The position numbers and the translations under genes are program-made. The notes beneath the pieces were generated by a model. It saw only the letters and a list, made by a program, of their open reading frames with translations. It made no database searches and was not told where the DNA came from. Below, one piece after another: positions 36,667 through 48,857 of a stretch of DNA of 64,000 nt. This stretch comes from Octopus sinensis. Taxonomy: Eukaryota. The stretch covers positions 66,836,001 through 66,900,000 of the forward strand of contig NC_043007.1 of the NCBI RefSeq assembly GCF_006345805.1, written 5' to 3'. Within the stretch, counting starts at the first letter, position 1. Each line of letters begins with the position of its first letter.

Positions 36667-37260
36667 CCTATCTATCTATCTATCTATCTCCCTTACGCTT
36701 CATGTAATACCACTTACCAAGCAACTAAGCAACTATTCTTTTTGACTTTACTTTTTGACCGTGAAAGCAGCTGCCTTTATGGAAGCGAAGGGCGGGGGAG
36801 GATGAAAGTAGTAGTAGTAGTAGTAGTAGTAATAGTAGTAGTAGTAGGAGGAGGAGGAGGAACGAAATGCCAGCTGATTATGGTGGTGGTGGTGGTGGTG
36901 GTGGGATTGTTGTTGCTGTTGTTGTTGATTTTTAGCCACAGGTCATCCGCGTCCGGGCAGTCCTATGATCAAAGGCACTCCGGCCCTAACCATCCCGTCA
37001 TATACCCTGGTGCAAGCGAACGCAGAACTACATCAACCACTGAACGTATCCATTTTTTTTTTTTTTGATAACACCATTAGGGTGTGGTTTCCTTTTTGTT
37101 ATTTCTTGCAATTCGAGTAAGTGTAGTTACCATGATAATCGTGGTGGTAGTTGTGGAGAAGGTGGATAGCATGATGATGATGATGATGATGATGATAGCG
37201 GTGACCGCGGCCGCAGCGGTGGCGGTGGTGGTGGTGGTGGTGACGGCAACAATAAGACTG

Positions 37261-37509
37261 ATTTACATTATTTACATTATTTACATTTGACGGATATTTG
37301 TCCTCATCTTATTTGTTGTTAAACACAACGTTTCGGCTGATATACCCTCCAGCCTTCATCAGGTGTCTTGGGGAAATTTCGAACCTGGGTTCTCATCCCT
37401 TAGGTATTTTTCGATGTTGTTGTTGTTGTTATTATATTATTAATTATTTATTATTATTATTATTATTTTATATTATTCTCATTATCATTATCATATTATT
37501 ATTATTATA

Positions 37510-37558
<49 letters not shown>

Positions 37559-37667
37559 TCTATTATTATATTTCAGTCAATGCCTGGAATCGAACTCGGC
37601 TATATGGCGTAGTGGTTAAGAGTGCGGGCTACTAACCCCAAGATTCCGAGTTCGGTTCCAGGCAGTG
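37261..37667 (-). mobile_element. HH-A element: tRNA-like head (inverted), (TAA)n spacer, hammerhead, (tgtaaataa)n tail
   Basis: A-box TGGCGTAGTGG at 37605-37615, B-box-like at 37648-37659; 19-bp inverted repeat 37581-37599 / 37646-37664. Confidence 0.65.
37321..37368 (-). ncRNA. Minimal type I hammerhead ribozyme, canonical core
   Basis: agacac-CTGATGA-a-ggctg(gagggtatat)cagcc-GAAA-c-GTT-gtgttt; helix III replaced by palindrome AACGTT. Confidence 0.8.
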
Positions 37668-37758
37668 CATTATAATACTATATTATATTAATTTTATTTT
37701 ATTTTACTTTATTTTTAACTTTATATAAGCCCAAAATACATCTATCACTCCCTCTCTC

Positions 37759-37797
<39 letters not shown>

Positions 37798-38265
37798 TCT
37801 TCGTGATGTATAATCATGGAGATAAGAAATTTATCGATCAATTAATCACAGGAGAGAAAGTGAGTGAGACAGAAATAGATTACAAAAAAAGAATGAAACA
37901 AGTTTCACCTAGAAATCGAACCCGTGTTGCATTTCCCGCTTTTTTTTTGTCTTCTTTTTCACAACTAGTAATGTAAGTAAGTAGCCTTACTTCTTGCACG
38001 TTGGTGCTCCTCCTCCCGTGCAAACATCACCACCAGCCAATTCACTATCTCCTCCCACTCACACCCCGAAGCTACAGGTGGTTAATAGTTTAACTCGGCT
38101 TACGACGACGTACGTAGAGTGTCGTGTGGCAGGCTTTACATGCTCCTTTCTTTTGTTTGAGCAGATCTTAACCCCAACCACCCACCCCGCAGCTCCTCTT
38201 AGCTCCACCCTCTTCTACCTCTACACAACCTTCACGCGTCTACGTCCCCTCTCTCAGTCTGTCTG

Positions 38266-38316
<51 letters not shown>

Positions 38317-38407
38317 CTACCAGAAACGCCCACGCCAGATGCTGGCAATACTCGACTACCACCACCACTACTACTACTTATACTGGTAATGCTGCTCTTT
38401 TCGCTGA

Positions 38408-38446
<39 letters not shown>

Positions 38447-39779
38447 AGCGCAGTTTTATTATTACTATAAGTATTGTTGCTGTTACTACTACTACTACTA
38501 TTGTTGCTGCTACAACTGCTGCTACCACTATTACAACTAGTAATACTTCTGCAAGTACTACTACTTTTGGTGGTACTATTACTACTTCTACTACTATTGT
38601 TGTTGCTACGAATGCTACTAATGCTGCTGCAGCTTCTTTTTCTTCTACTACTACTAATATTAATACTACTACTACTGCTAATACTAATATTACTACTACT
38701 ACTACTACTACCCTTGTTGCTGCAACTACTACTAATACTACTATCAAGAATGCCTACTCCCCCTCCCCCACCCCCCGCTCAACCACACACAACTCCACGA
38801 CCAATATCACTTTTATCTCTGCAAGCCACCACCACCACCGCCTATACACCACCACCACCATCGTTACCATTAGAGAAAAAGGCTACCACAAATCCCCCCC
38901 CCACTGCCAGGTGACATGGTGCAGTAAGGAGAGATCATCTGAGCGCTCCCCCTCTTCCACCTTCTTTTACTCCTTCAGACTTATATTTAACGACACGTGC
39001 CACCTGTGTGTGTGTGTGTGTGTGTGTCTACTTAATCACCTGTCACTCCACCTCCACCTCCACTGGCCACCCTGTCTTTCCCCATAAAACCTACCCGCCA
39101 CCCTGTCCTGGTCCTCTTTCTCTAGTTGACTGGAAAAGCCATCTTTAAGACTGAAGACGGGTTGTTCAGGTCGTGTAAAAAGAAAAGATCTACAGATTAG
39201 TGTATGGCGGCGGCGGCGGCAGTGGCCGTGGTGGTGTTGGTAGTGTTGGTCGTCGTTGTGTACTCGTGGTTGTGGTGATGGTAGTAGTGAAAGTGTGGGT
39301 GGTGGTCGTGTGGAAATGTGTTGTAGTATTTGGTGGGGAGGGGTTGAAGGTGGTAGTGGTGGCGCTGATGTGATGGTAGTGGCGGAGATGGTGGTAGTGA
39401 TAGTGGTGATAGTGGCAATGGGGATGGTAGTGGTGGTGGTAGTAGTGGTGGTGGTGGTAGTGAGGGTGGTGGTAATGATAGAAAGGGTGATGTCCATATG
39501 GTTGAGATTGGAGATGTTATTGGGAGTGATGGTGGTGGTGGTGGTGGTGGTTGTGGTGGTGGTGGTGGTGGTGGTGGTGGTTGTGGTGGTGGTGGTTCTG
39601 GTGGTAATAATAGTGGAAGTGATGGTGTTATGTTACTGCAACGTGGCAGTTTCGGTAGAAGTACTGGCAGTGGTGACTGTTTAGATAATGAAATAATTTT
39701 AATAGTGATGTTTTTGTTGTAATTACAGTAGTAGTTTTGGTTGTGGTTGTGGTTTTGGTAGTGGTGGTGGTTGAGCTGG

Positions 39780-40440
39780 ACGTTGTAATACAATAGTCAT
39801 AGCGACTACTGTTGTTGTTATTGCATTCGTACAGTGCCCGAGTATTACTGACATATGGAGTTATGTCAAACAGATGTTGCGTGTAGGATGGATGCACTTA
39901 TCAGCCGGCTCCATCGTGAAGATCTCCCCACCACCCTCCTCAGGCCGAGAAGGACAGATAGTGTTTCTCTCTTTGGTGGCTAGTACGAAAGCAGTGATAT
40001 GGTGAACGAGACCTAAAAGATCTGAACACACACTAAAAGAAGATCTTTAATTTCATTCTTGTTTTTTATGTTCCATTAAAAAAAGAAGGTGATGATGGAG
40101 AGAGAGAGATACTGCCCCTTGTCCCCAGTAAACTTGTTAAATGGTGGGTGAATGTAGCGGGAACGGCCCGAGTGAATGGTCCTATTCTAAGAATGCACCT
40201 GTTGGCTGAAAAGTACAGAAGAGAGAGAAGCACTTAGCATGGTCAGCAGGGTGACTTAGGATATGTGGGGTTCTTTGGCTATACCTGGATAGCATTTCCC
40301 CACTATTAACGAACTTAGTTCTTATAATTCTCTTGGTGATATTGTTTTCCCATTGTTTATACGTGTAAAATCCCTACTGTCCTTTGCCTTTGTATTGTCT
40401 TAAATGTCTTTTATTGCACCCTTTGTGGCCAATAAAGAAA
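39780..40440 (+). mobile_element. L1/Tx1-like LINE 3' end and 3' UTR
   Basis: AFVQCPSITDIWSYVKQML...SIVKI...REGQIVFLSLVASTKAVIW; ends ccctttgtggccaataaagaaa. Confidence 0.65.
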
Positions 40441-40461
40441 GTAGTATTACTAATATAATTA

Positions 40462-40680
40462 TGAAGGCGGTGAGCTGGCAGAATCGTTAGCACGCCGGGC
40501 GAAATGCTTAACGATATTTTTCTGCCGCTACGTCATTCTGGGTTCAAATTCCGCTGAGGTAGACTTTGCATTTCATCCTTTCGAGATTGATTAAACACGA
40601 ACCAGTTACGCACTGGTTCAATGTAATCGACTTACCCCTCACCCAAAATTTCAGGTCTTTTGCCTATACTAGAAAGGATT
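40462..40680 (+). mobile_element. SINE S1, alternative tail ending in (TTA)n
   Basis: Head and core as 29151; tail ccctcacccaaaatttcaggtc...gaaaggattatt. Confidence 0.8.
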
Positions 40681-40684
40681 ATTA

Positions 40685-40734
<50 letters not shown>

Positions 40735-41304
40735 GAGTGAGAGAGCAGTGCATGTCATCAAAGTGACACTGGGGTAAAATATACGAAGCCCAATATACCC
40801 ATCATGACTACCCGTCTGATAAAGGTACACCAGGCACATGCATCACAACCATATGTGCGCGACATGGTGATCTCATATCAAGATAAACAGCACATGACCT
40901 TGCAGCTGGGGCCCAGTTAGAATTTTCTTCAGGTTGAGTAGCCCATCCCGCTCAAAAGGTCCCTGAATAAGGGTTGTTTAAGGATGTTGAAAGAACCACC
41001 CATGTTTCCAGAGGTGAACTATTCAAACCCCAAAGAATCCCTCTCAACACATGGCTATGATGCTCCCCCACTACTTCTGCTCGTGATCAGAGATGCACAT
41101 ATCGTCAACCACTAAGGGACATGCTCAACTGGTTAAGGTCAAACAACTGACAAGCAAATCTGTGGTATTGAGCAGAATATTTGCTGTAGCCCATCTTTTA
41201 TACCAAGACAAAACAATGTACATGATAACACTTCCAATCACTTAAGATCAGAAGCCATGAGAGCCACTGCCTGGTACTGCATCAGGGCATTTACTGCATC
41301 AGGG

Positions 41305-41308
<4 letters not shown>
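40735..41308 (-). mobile_element. NC-TAA full-length copy with 17-bp 5' tandem duplication
   Basis: Embedded in (TTA)n on both sides; tactgcatcagggcatt twice (41275-41291, 41292-41308); no ORF. Confidence 0.85.
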
Positions 41309-41367
<59 letters not shown>

Positions 41368-41398
41368 CATTACCATTATTATTATTATTATTATTATA

Positions 41399-41449
<51 letters not shown>

Positions 41450-42035
41450 GACAGTGAGATGACAGATTCGTCAAACTGACGGGAAAATGACTTTGTAGTA
41501 TTAGTTTCGGCCCTTTACGTCGTGAGTCCAAATTCTACTGTGGTCAACTTTACTTTTCGCTAAAACAATACAGCACTCAGGGACTGGGATTGATAGCATC
41601 GTCTCCCTCCCTCAAATTGCGCCTAACCCAGAAGTATTGTAGTTGTTGCAGCTGCTGTTTATTAGAAGATCAAATTGATTACCTCTGGAGTAGAGCGAGT
41701 CACAAAGTTAGTTGGGAAAATGTTATGAAACAGATCCACTATAAACACAGGCAGTCAATAATTTGACAAGTAAAACCGTTAACTCACACAACATTAACAG
41801 AAACACTACCAACGACAAAATCGACAGCAACTCATTTATTGTTAGTCGTGCAAACCAAAGATCAAACCACTAAACATTGATCGACTATAGACAGAGGAAT
41901 AAGGCAGGAAGTAAAGTGTTACAAAAAAGAATGCTTCGTTGCCCGAGGAATATATTTAGGAACGGGCGAAGATGAAATAATTATATTCTTCGTAAGAAGT
42001 GTAAGTGAAAACAATGAGGCATGGAAGAATATATC

Positions 42036-42141
42036 TTAGTTAAGTTAAGTTAATTTTTTGGTTCAAAAAGCAAAAAGCAAGGCCATGTAGGGGGACATGG
42101 AGTTATGTACGGGGAGGGTGTTCATGCAAAGAGTTCAGGCC
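42036..42141 (-). mobile_element. Probable LINE 3' end with (cttaa)n tail
   Basis: Short tandem tail ttaagttaagtt next to unique sequence. Confidence 0.3.
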
Positions 42142-42175
42142 TTGTGCCTATAATAGATAGGATTATTAACTGCTT

Positions 42176-42395
42176 GAAGGACGACAAGCTGGCGATACCA
42201 TTAGCACACAGGACAAAAGGCTTAGCGGCATTTCTTGTCTTCGCGTTCTGAGTTCAAATTCTGCCGAGGTCTACTTCACCTTACATCCTTTCGGGGTCGA
42301 TAAAATAAGTACCAGTTGAGCACTAGGGTCGATGTAAACAACTTAACCCCTTACCTCGAAATCGCTGGTCTTGTGCCGAAATCTGAACCCAGCTA
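42176..42395 (+). mobile_element. SINE S1, alternative tail
   Basis: Core catcctttcggggtcgataaaataagtaccag. Confidence 0.7.
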
Positions 42396-42418
42396 TTAAC
42401 TGCTTGGATCGTTTAGAG

Positions 42419-43278
42419 CAGGGGTCACCAAACTACGGCCTGCGAAGTCAATTCATCCGGTCCGCCATCGCTCTGTACCTTTTGTGCAAGTACCTGCATT
42501 TGCCTCCGGTATGGCATCAGTGTTTGTCACACATTATGTCTGTGAGCAAACATTTTCAAAAATGAAAAATGTGAAGTCAGCACATCGAACGAGGTTGACT
42601 GATAAACATTTGAAAACAATTCTTTTGGTTGGATGCAGCAACTCTAAAGCAAATATTGATATCTTAAAACCTAAACACTAGTTTCACAGATCTCACTAAA
42701 CTTTTTTGCTGCTTAGTTTGTGAGAGTCGGATATGTGCATACTAGGTGTGATATAACTATCTTATTGCTAATGTCACCGTCTTTAATAACTGGTAAATAA
42801 ATATGTTGGTTGTCTTTATTACCTCCTCCTTCGCTAAGGCGGAGGTATTGTTTTCAGTCGCCTTTGTTTGTTTGTTTGGCCGTGGATAAGATATCTCAAA
42901 AACCGCCGGATGGATTCGGATGAAACTTTCAGGGATGTTTGGCCTCGTGGCTGGAACGAACTGATTAGATTTTGGGATCGATCCGGTACCGGACAAAGAT
43001 TCTGGATTATTTTTCTTGTTCTTTGACTTAATTTTTGAGAGTGGTTGGTTTATCTTTTAGAGAGCAGCCGAGTTTATTTCAGATATCCTCATTTTAAAAA
43101 TCATCTCTGGCTAATCGTTGAGAAGACTTTGGTGTTGCCTTGGCGGAGGCTTGCGCTCTCTGAGTGCTCTCGTTTTTTATGCATTCACTGTATTGCATGA
43201 ACAAAATGGTTATGCAACCTGCGTTCGTCACTCTCTCAGTTATCTGGCCCGTCGTGAAAATACTTTGGTGAGCCCCTG
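42419..43278 (+). mobile_element. Internally deleted hAT (Buster/Charlie-type) element with transposase C-terminus
   Basis: TIRs caggggtcaccaaa / tttggtgagcccctg; TSD gtttagag at 42411-42418 and 43279-43286; YVCEQTFSKMKNVKSAHRTRLTDKHL dimerisation motif. Confidence 0.85.
42818..43174 (+). mobile_element. HINE-like element nested in the hAT
   Basis: Homologous to 1638-2001; inserted in a T-run. Confidence 0.7.
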
Positions 43279-44087
43279 GTTTAGAGCGTCGGGAAGTAAA
43301 TGCCTTTGCAGTACTTCTTTCGGCTCTTAAAATTTTCGAGTTCAAATCCAACCGAGCTCAACATTGCCTTTCATTCCTCCGGGGTTAGAGAAAATTAAGT
43401 GCAGTAATCGACGATATCGACTCTTCCCCTCCAAAATTGCTGGCCTTGTGCCTAAACTAAAATGTTGTAGTAAGAAGAGAAGGGAAGAAGAAGGAAAAGG
43501 AGGAGGAGGAGGGGTGGAGAAGGGGTGGAGGAGGGGTGGAGGAGGGGTGTGGGAGGGGTGGGGAGGAAGAGAAGGAAGGGAGGAGAAGTAGGGGAGAGGA
43601 GGAGAGGAAAATGAGGGAAAAGTAGCATGGGTAGCAGTAGTTGTTGCTGTTGTTATTGTTGTCCACAAAGGCATATACGAAATTGTTGAATTAGAGCTGG
43701 TTACATTCTAACAAAGAAAAAAATGACAGTCATTCTGTCTCGCTCTCTCTCTCTCTCTTTCTCTCTCTCCTCTCTCTTTCGTTCCTTTCTCTTTCTACCC
43801 CTTTGCCTCTCTTCACCCTATATATTTCTCCTCAGCTGTTTCCTTATGCTCCTTTCCTTTCAACCTTCTTTTCCTCCTTTCACCCTCTTCTAACATTTTC
43901 TACACCAATCGCTCTTTTGTTCCCTACATTTTCACCTGGCTTCCCCTCAAACCTGAAATTTTACACTCCTGGGTGGAATGTCAAAGTAACTGTTCAACCT
44001 AATACAGAAGCGCGTGTATGTAAGCGTGCGTATTCATATACACAAGCTCACGCACGCCAACTGTAAGCAAGCACACTCACGCACGTA

Positions 44088-44126
<39 letters not shown>

Positions 44127-44543
44127 TTACACACATACATGCATAAATACATACACACATACACATATAAATGCGCATGTAAGCTAGTTACTAGTGAAAC
44201 ACGGAAACACAAAGAAAGGAATATATAGGAATATACACACACACACACATATATGTATGAATGTATATGTATGTATGTATGTTTGTATGTATATATGTAG
44301 GTACGTATTACCCACTTGCATATATATTTACAGAAATATATATATATAAACATATATACATATATATATACACTAACATGTAAAGCCATACATGATGCTC
44401 ACACACACATACACTCACACTCTCATATATATGTGTGCATATATGTTTGTTTATATATATATGTATGCACACCTATATAAACACACACATATATATACAC
44501 ACTCTCTCATATATTCACATGCACATACATATGTATATATATG

Positions 44544-44636
<93 letters not shown>

Positions 44637-44663
44637 TTTATTTAAAGCAGCAGAAAATTCAAC

Positions 44664-44710
44664 AAAACCTGTTACTCTGAGTTTCGCGTTGCCGTTCATC
44701 GGACAGTTTT
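44664..44710 (-). ncRNA. Type I hammerhead-like fold in a ~95-bp island
   Basis: aaaactgt-CCGATGA-acg GCAA cgc-GAAA-ct cag a-GTA-acag(g)tttt; followed by aataaa. Confidence 0.65.
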
Positions 44711-45200
44711 TGCTAGAATATATGTGTTTATATATACATACATACATACATACATACATACATACATACATACATACATACATACGCGTTACTCGGGCAC
44801 TCAGCTATGAGACCATTGCATCATTATGTCGGAAACAGCTGTAAGCTGATGAAATTCATAAGATAATCGTTAATTCCTTTGTCATCTCTTCTAATATATT
44901 GCATGTATGTAGATATATACACATCTGTCTGTATCTCCCTCTCTATATAGACCCACACACATACACGTGCATATCTATGCACACACACATATATACATAC
45001 ATACACACACACACAAACATACGCACACTCAGACACACACAGACATACACATACATATATATATACATACACAAACGTATATAGATACATATACAAAAAA
45101 CATGTAAATATATACGACATGCATACTCATATATATATATATATATATATAAAACACACACACACAAAAACACACACACACAAGCAAATAGATGCAAACA

Positions 45201-45373
45201 CAGGCGCAGGGGTGGCTGTGTGATAAGAAGCTTGCTTTCCAACCAACTGGTTCTGGGTTCAGTCCCACTGCGGGGCACCTTGGGCAATTGTTTTCTACTA
45301 TAGTCTCGGACCGACCAAAGCCCTGTGAGTGGATTTGGTAGACGGAAACTGAAAGAAGCCCAAAGTATGTGTG

Positions 45374-45461
<88 letters not shown>

Positions 45462-45660
45462 TTGTATGTCTGTGTTTGTCCTACCACCATCGCTTAACAA
45501 CTGTTGGCGTGTTTACGTTCCCGTAACATAGCGGTTCAGCATAAGACACCGCTAGAATAAGTACTACGCTTACAAAGAATAAGCCCTAGGGACGATTAAA
45601 TGTTCGACTAAATGCAGTGCTCCAGCATAGCCGCAGTCAAATGACTGAAACAAGTAAAAA
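45201..45660 (+). mobile_element. SINE S2 full length
   Basis: Matches 48451-48857. Confidence 0.85.
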
Positions 45661-45766
45661 GTAAACAGAAAAAAAGAATATCACAAAGATGGCTGATCGT
45701 AGCCTTCGCATGTGTGGGACTTTCGATCAGGTGGTGGCAATACTCGAACACGAGTTTTCAGCCATC

Positions 45767-45769
<3 letters not shown>

Positions 45770-45799
<30 letters not shown>

Positions 45800-46310
45800 T
45801 GTATGTATGTATGTATGTATGTATGTATGTGTGTGTGTATGTATGTATGTATGTATGTATGTATGTATGTAGTATGTATGTATGTAGCTGTATAATGTTG
45901 ATGTGGTATGAATGTATGTGTGTATGAATGTATGTATGTGTATGAATGTATGTATGTATGTGTGTATGAATGTATGTGTGTATGTATGTATGTATGTATG
46001 TATGTATGTGTATATATATGTATGTACGTATGAATGTATGTGTGTATGTATGTATGTATGTATGTGTGTGTGTATGAATGTATGTTTGTATGTATGTATG
46101 TATGTGTGTATGTATGTATGTATGTATGTATGTATGTGTGTATCTATGTGTGTGTATGTTTGTATGTGTGTATGTATGTATGTATGTGTGTATGTGTGTA
46201 TGTATGTATGTGTGTATGTATGTATGTATGTATGTGTGTGTGTATGTATGTATGTATGTATGTATGTATGTATGTATGTAGTATGTATGTATGTATGCAT
46301 GCATGCATGG
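45770..46310. repeat. (GTAT)n/(GT)n compound microsatellite
   Basis: Direct reading. Confidence 0.9.
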
Positions 46311-46449
46311 ATAAAGTAGAAGTCGTCTCGTGTCCGAGTAAGACCGACCGCTTTCTAGACCCATTTCACTCAAAGAAACATCTCACATTTGATCTCCTCA
46401 CCGTTGATAACGTCTTATATGGTTCCTAAGGTCTGCAAGGGATTTGCAG

Positions 46450-47455
46450 GTCATTCCATAGCAACCACAATAAACATTTTTTTACCCAGCAGCAGCCCGC
46501 CCATCTGAATGTTGAAACCTACAATGCCGAGTGAGTCCACTGGCCGATCCACACGCTCTTCTAAACAAGATACATGCGAGATCATGCTGGTTATCTCCTT
46601 CACAGACAGGGATGCCTTCGCAGACACGAGCATGGTCACACAAAAGAGATCTGTTCCTTCTTAAGAACTAAGTTTACATCCTCCATATATTTACCAGTAA
46701 TTTTGAACCCGGTGCATACAATCCTGTTGTTCTCGAATTCTCTAACATTATACTTCTCCACTGCTCCTATCTGATGTAAAATCTTCCCATGTGTTGGTAT
46801 TGATATCGATCTTTTCAAGAGTGTCTTTATCATTGTCTTCCAAACACTTGCACGGCTTGCACTGGAGACGTCTTCCTTGCTCCAATCCCATGCGAGTGTC
46901 TTCTAAATGGGCATAATGACCACACCGTCTAAGTTGGTGTTTCACAATCTTGGACTTGATACTCGCCATTTTCGCCAACTGCAGTACTCTTGTATCTGAT
47001 ACATGAGATCGCCATGAGATCTTCAGGATATTACGCAAGCATCGCTGGTTGAATCGCTGTACATGTTGGACATGCTTGTTGTAGGTTGTCCATGTCTCGC
47101 ATCCATACAACAACGCTGTTGTGATTTATGCTTGACAGACTTCAACTTTTGTAACTGCTTTGATGTCCGATTGTGACTAGAGTCTCGATTCAAGCTTTCC
47201 CAAATGCATCAGAAGCCTTAGAAAATTCTATACCAGACCTTCTCGTCGAGTGAATTAAATATAGATAGTATGCGACCAAGGTAGACAAATGCATCCGCGA
47301 CTTTAAACGTTTTGCCCTTGACGTGTGTCGACGGTGGGGTATATGACTTGCCTAGAGCAGTTTGTAAGATAATTATATTCCTAAAATTGATTATAAGTTC
47401 AAACTCAACATACGCGGCTGAAAAGCAGTCCATCAAGAGCTGCAGGTTTTCTTCA
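46450..47455 (-). pseudogene. RTE/BovB-like LINE RT 3' fragment
   Basis: LQLLMDCFSAAY...FVYLGRILS and LYGCETWTTY...RFNQRCLRNILKISWRSHVSDTRVL. Confidence 0.85.
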
Positions 47456-48005
47456 TACATACATACATACATACAGACTGACAGACAGACAGAGAGCCAG
47501 ACAGACAGTCATTCATGCATATATATACACATACGTTCATACATAAATGCATACATACATACATACATACACGCATACGTACATACATATTTCTCATGAT
47601 CTCAAGTGAGCGGTGGAGTGGATACAAATACAACCCTAAAACAGAAACAAAAACACATACACAGATACAAACGCACACACACATACACGCACAATATGTA
47701 TATATACGACGAGATTCTTTCAGTTTCATTCTACTAAATTTTCTCACAGGGCATTGGTCGGCTTGGGACCACAGTAGAAGACGCTTGCCCAAAGGCTGTA
47801 CAGTGGGACTGAACCTAAGACCAGATGGTTGAGAGGAAAGCTTCATAACCACACAGCTACGTCTGATGTTTCTTCAACCACACACACACACACACACACA
47901 AACAAACACAAATATATGTGTGTGTCTGTTTGTGTGTCTAGGTGTGTGTGTGTGCCTGTGTCTACGTGTGTGAGTGTGTGTCTACGTGTGTGTGTGTGTG
48001 TGTGT

Positions 48006-48069
<64 letters not shown>

Positions 48070-48450
48070 CTAGGCGTGTGTGACAATGAACAACTGAACC
48101 AGAATCCATTTCGGTAGTTCATCATGTGAAGTGTGAAGTAATGTAAACATGGTCGATACTGAACAATGAGCTTAAAAGCAGAGGTATGGAAATGTCTACA
48201 CGTATTGATCGGAGTTATTGATCAACTACCACGATTTCATATGAACAGCTGTGCGTAACTGAAAGATAAATTTTAATGATGTGCAGTGAAACAGAACTGT
48301 GTCACATGGCGAGCGTTTGATTTTTGCTTATTTCTGAGAAATCTATACGGGTTCGATACTGCTAAAGAGTTATTCATTTCAATAGAGTATATGTGTATCG
48401 ATATATTTGCTCCTTGAGATCTAGTACCAAACATAACTAACTAAAATTAT

Positions 48451-48857
48451 ATAGGCGCAAGAGAGGCTGTGTGGTAAGTAGCTTGCTTACCAACCACATG
48501 GTTCGGGTTCAGTCCCACTGCGTGGTACCTTGGGCAAGTGTCTTCTACTATAGCCTCGGGCCGACCAAAGCCTTGTGAGCGGATTTGGTAGACGGAAACT
48601 GAAAGAAGCCTGTCGTATATATGTATATATATATGTGTGTGTGTTTGTGTGTCTGTGTTTGTCCCCCCCCCCAACATCGCTTGACTACCGATGTTGGTGT
48701 GTTTACGTCCCCATAACTTAGCGGTTCGGCAAAAGAGACCGATAGAATAAGTGGTAGGCTTACAAAGAATAAGTCCTGGGGGTCGATTTCCTCGACTAAA
48801 GGCGGTGCTCCAGCATGGCCGCAGTCAAATGACTGAAACAAGTAAAAGAGTAAAGAG
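48451..48857 (+). mobile_element. SINE S2 reference copy
   Basis: tRNA-like head (tgtgtggtaag, ggttcagtcc), internal microsatellite, gtaaaagag tail. Confidence 0.9.

Noticed and set aside
37600-37667. Genuine tRNA gene
   Set aside because: A/B boxes and an anticodon-like arm are present, but no acceptor stem; SINE head.
41225-41308. HDV-like or twister ribozyme at the NC-TAA 5' end
   Set aside because: One good hairpin, but I could not build P1/P2 pseudoknot pairings by hand; needs a covariance-model search.
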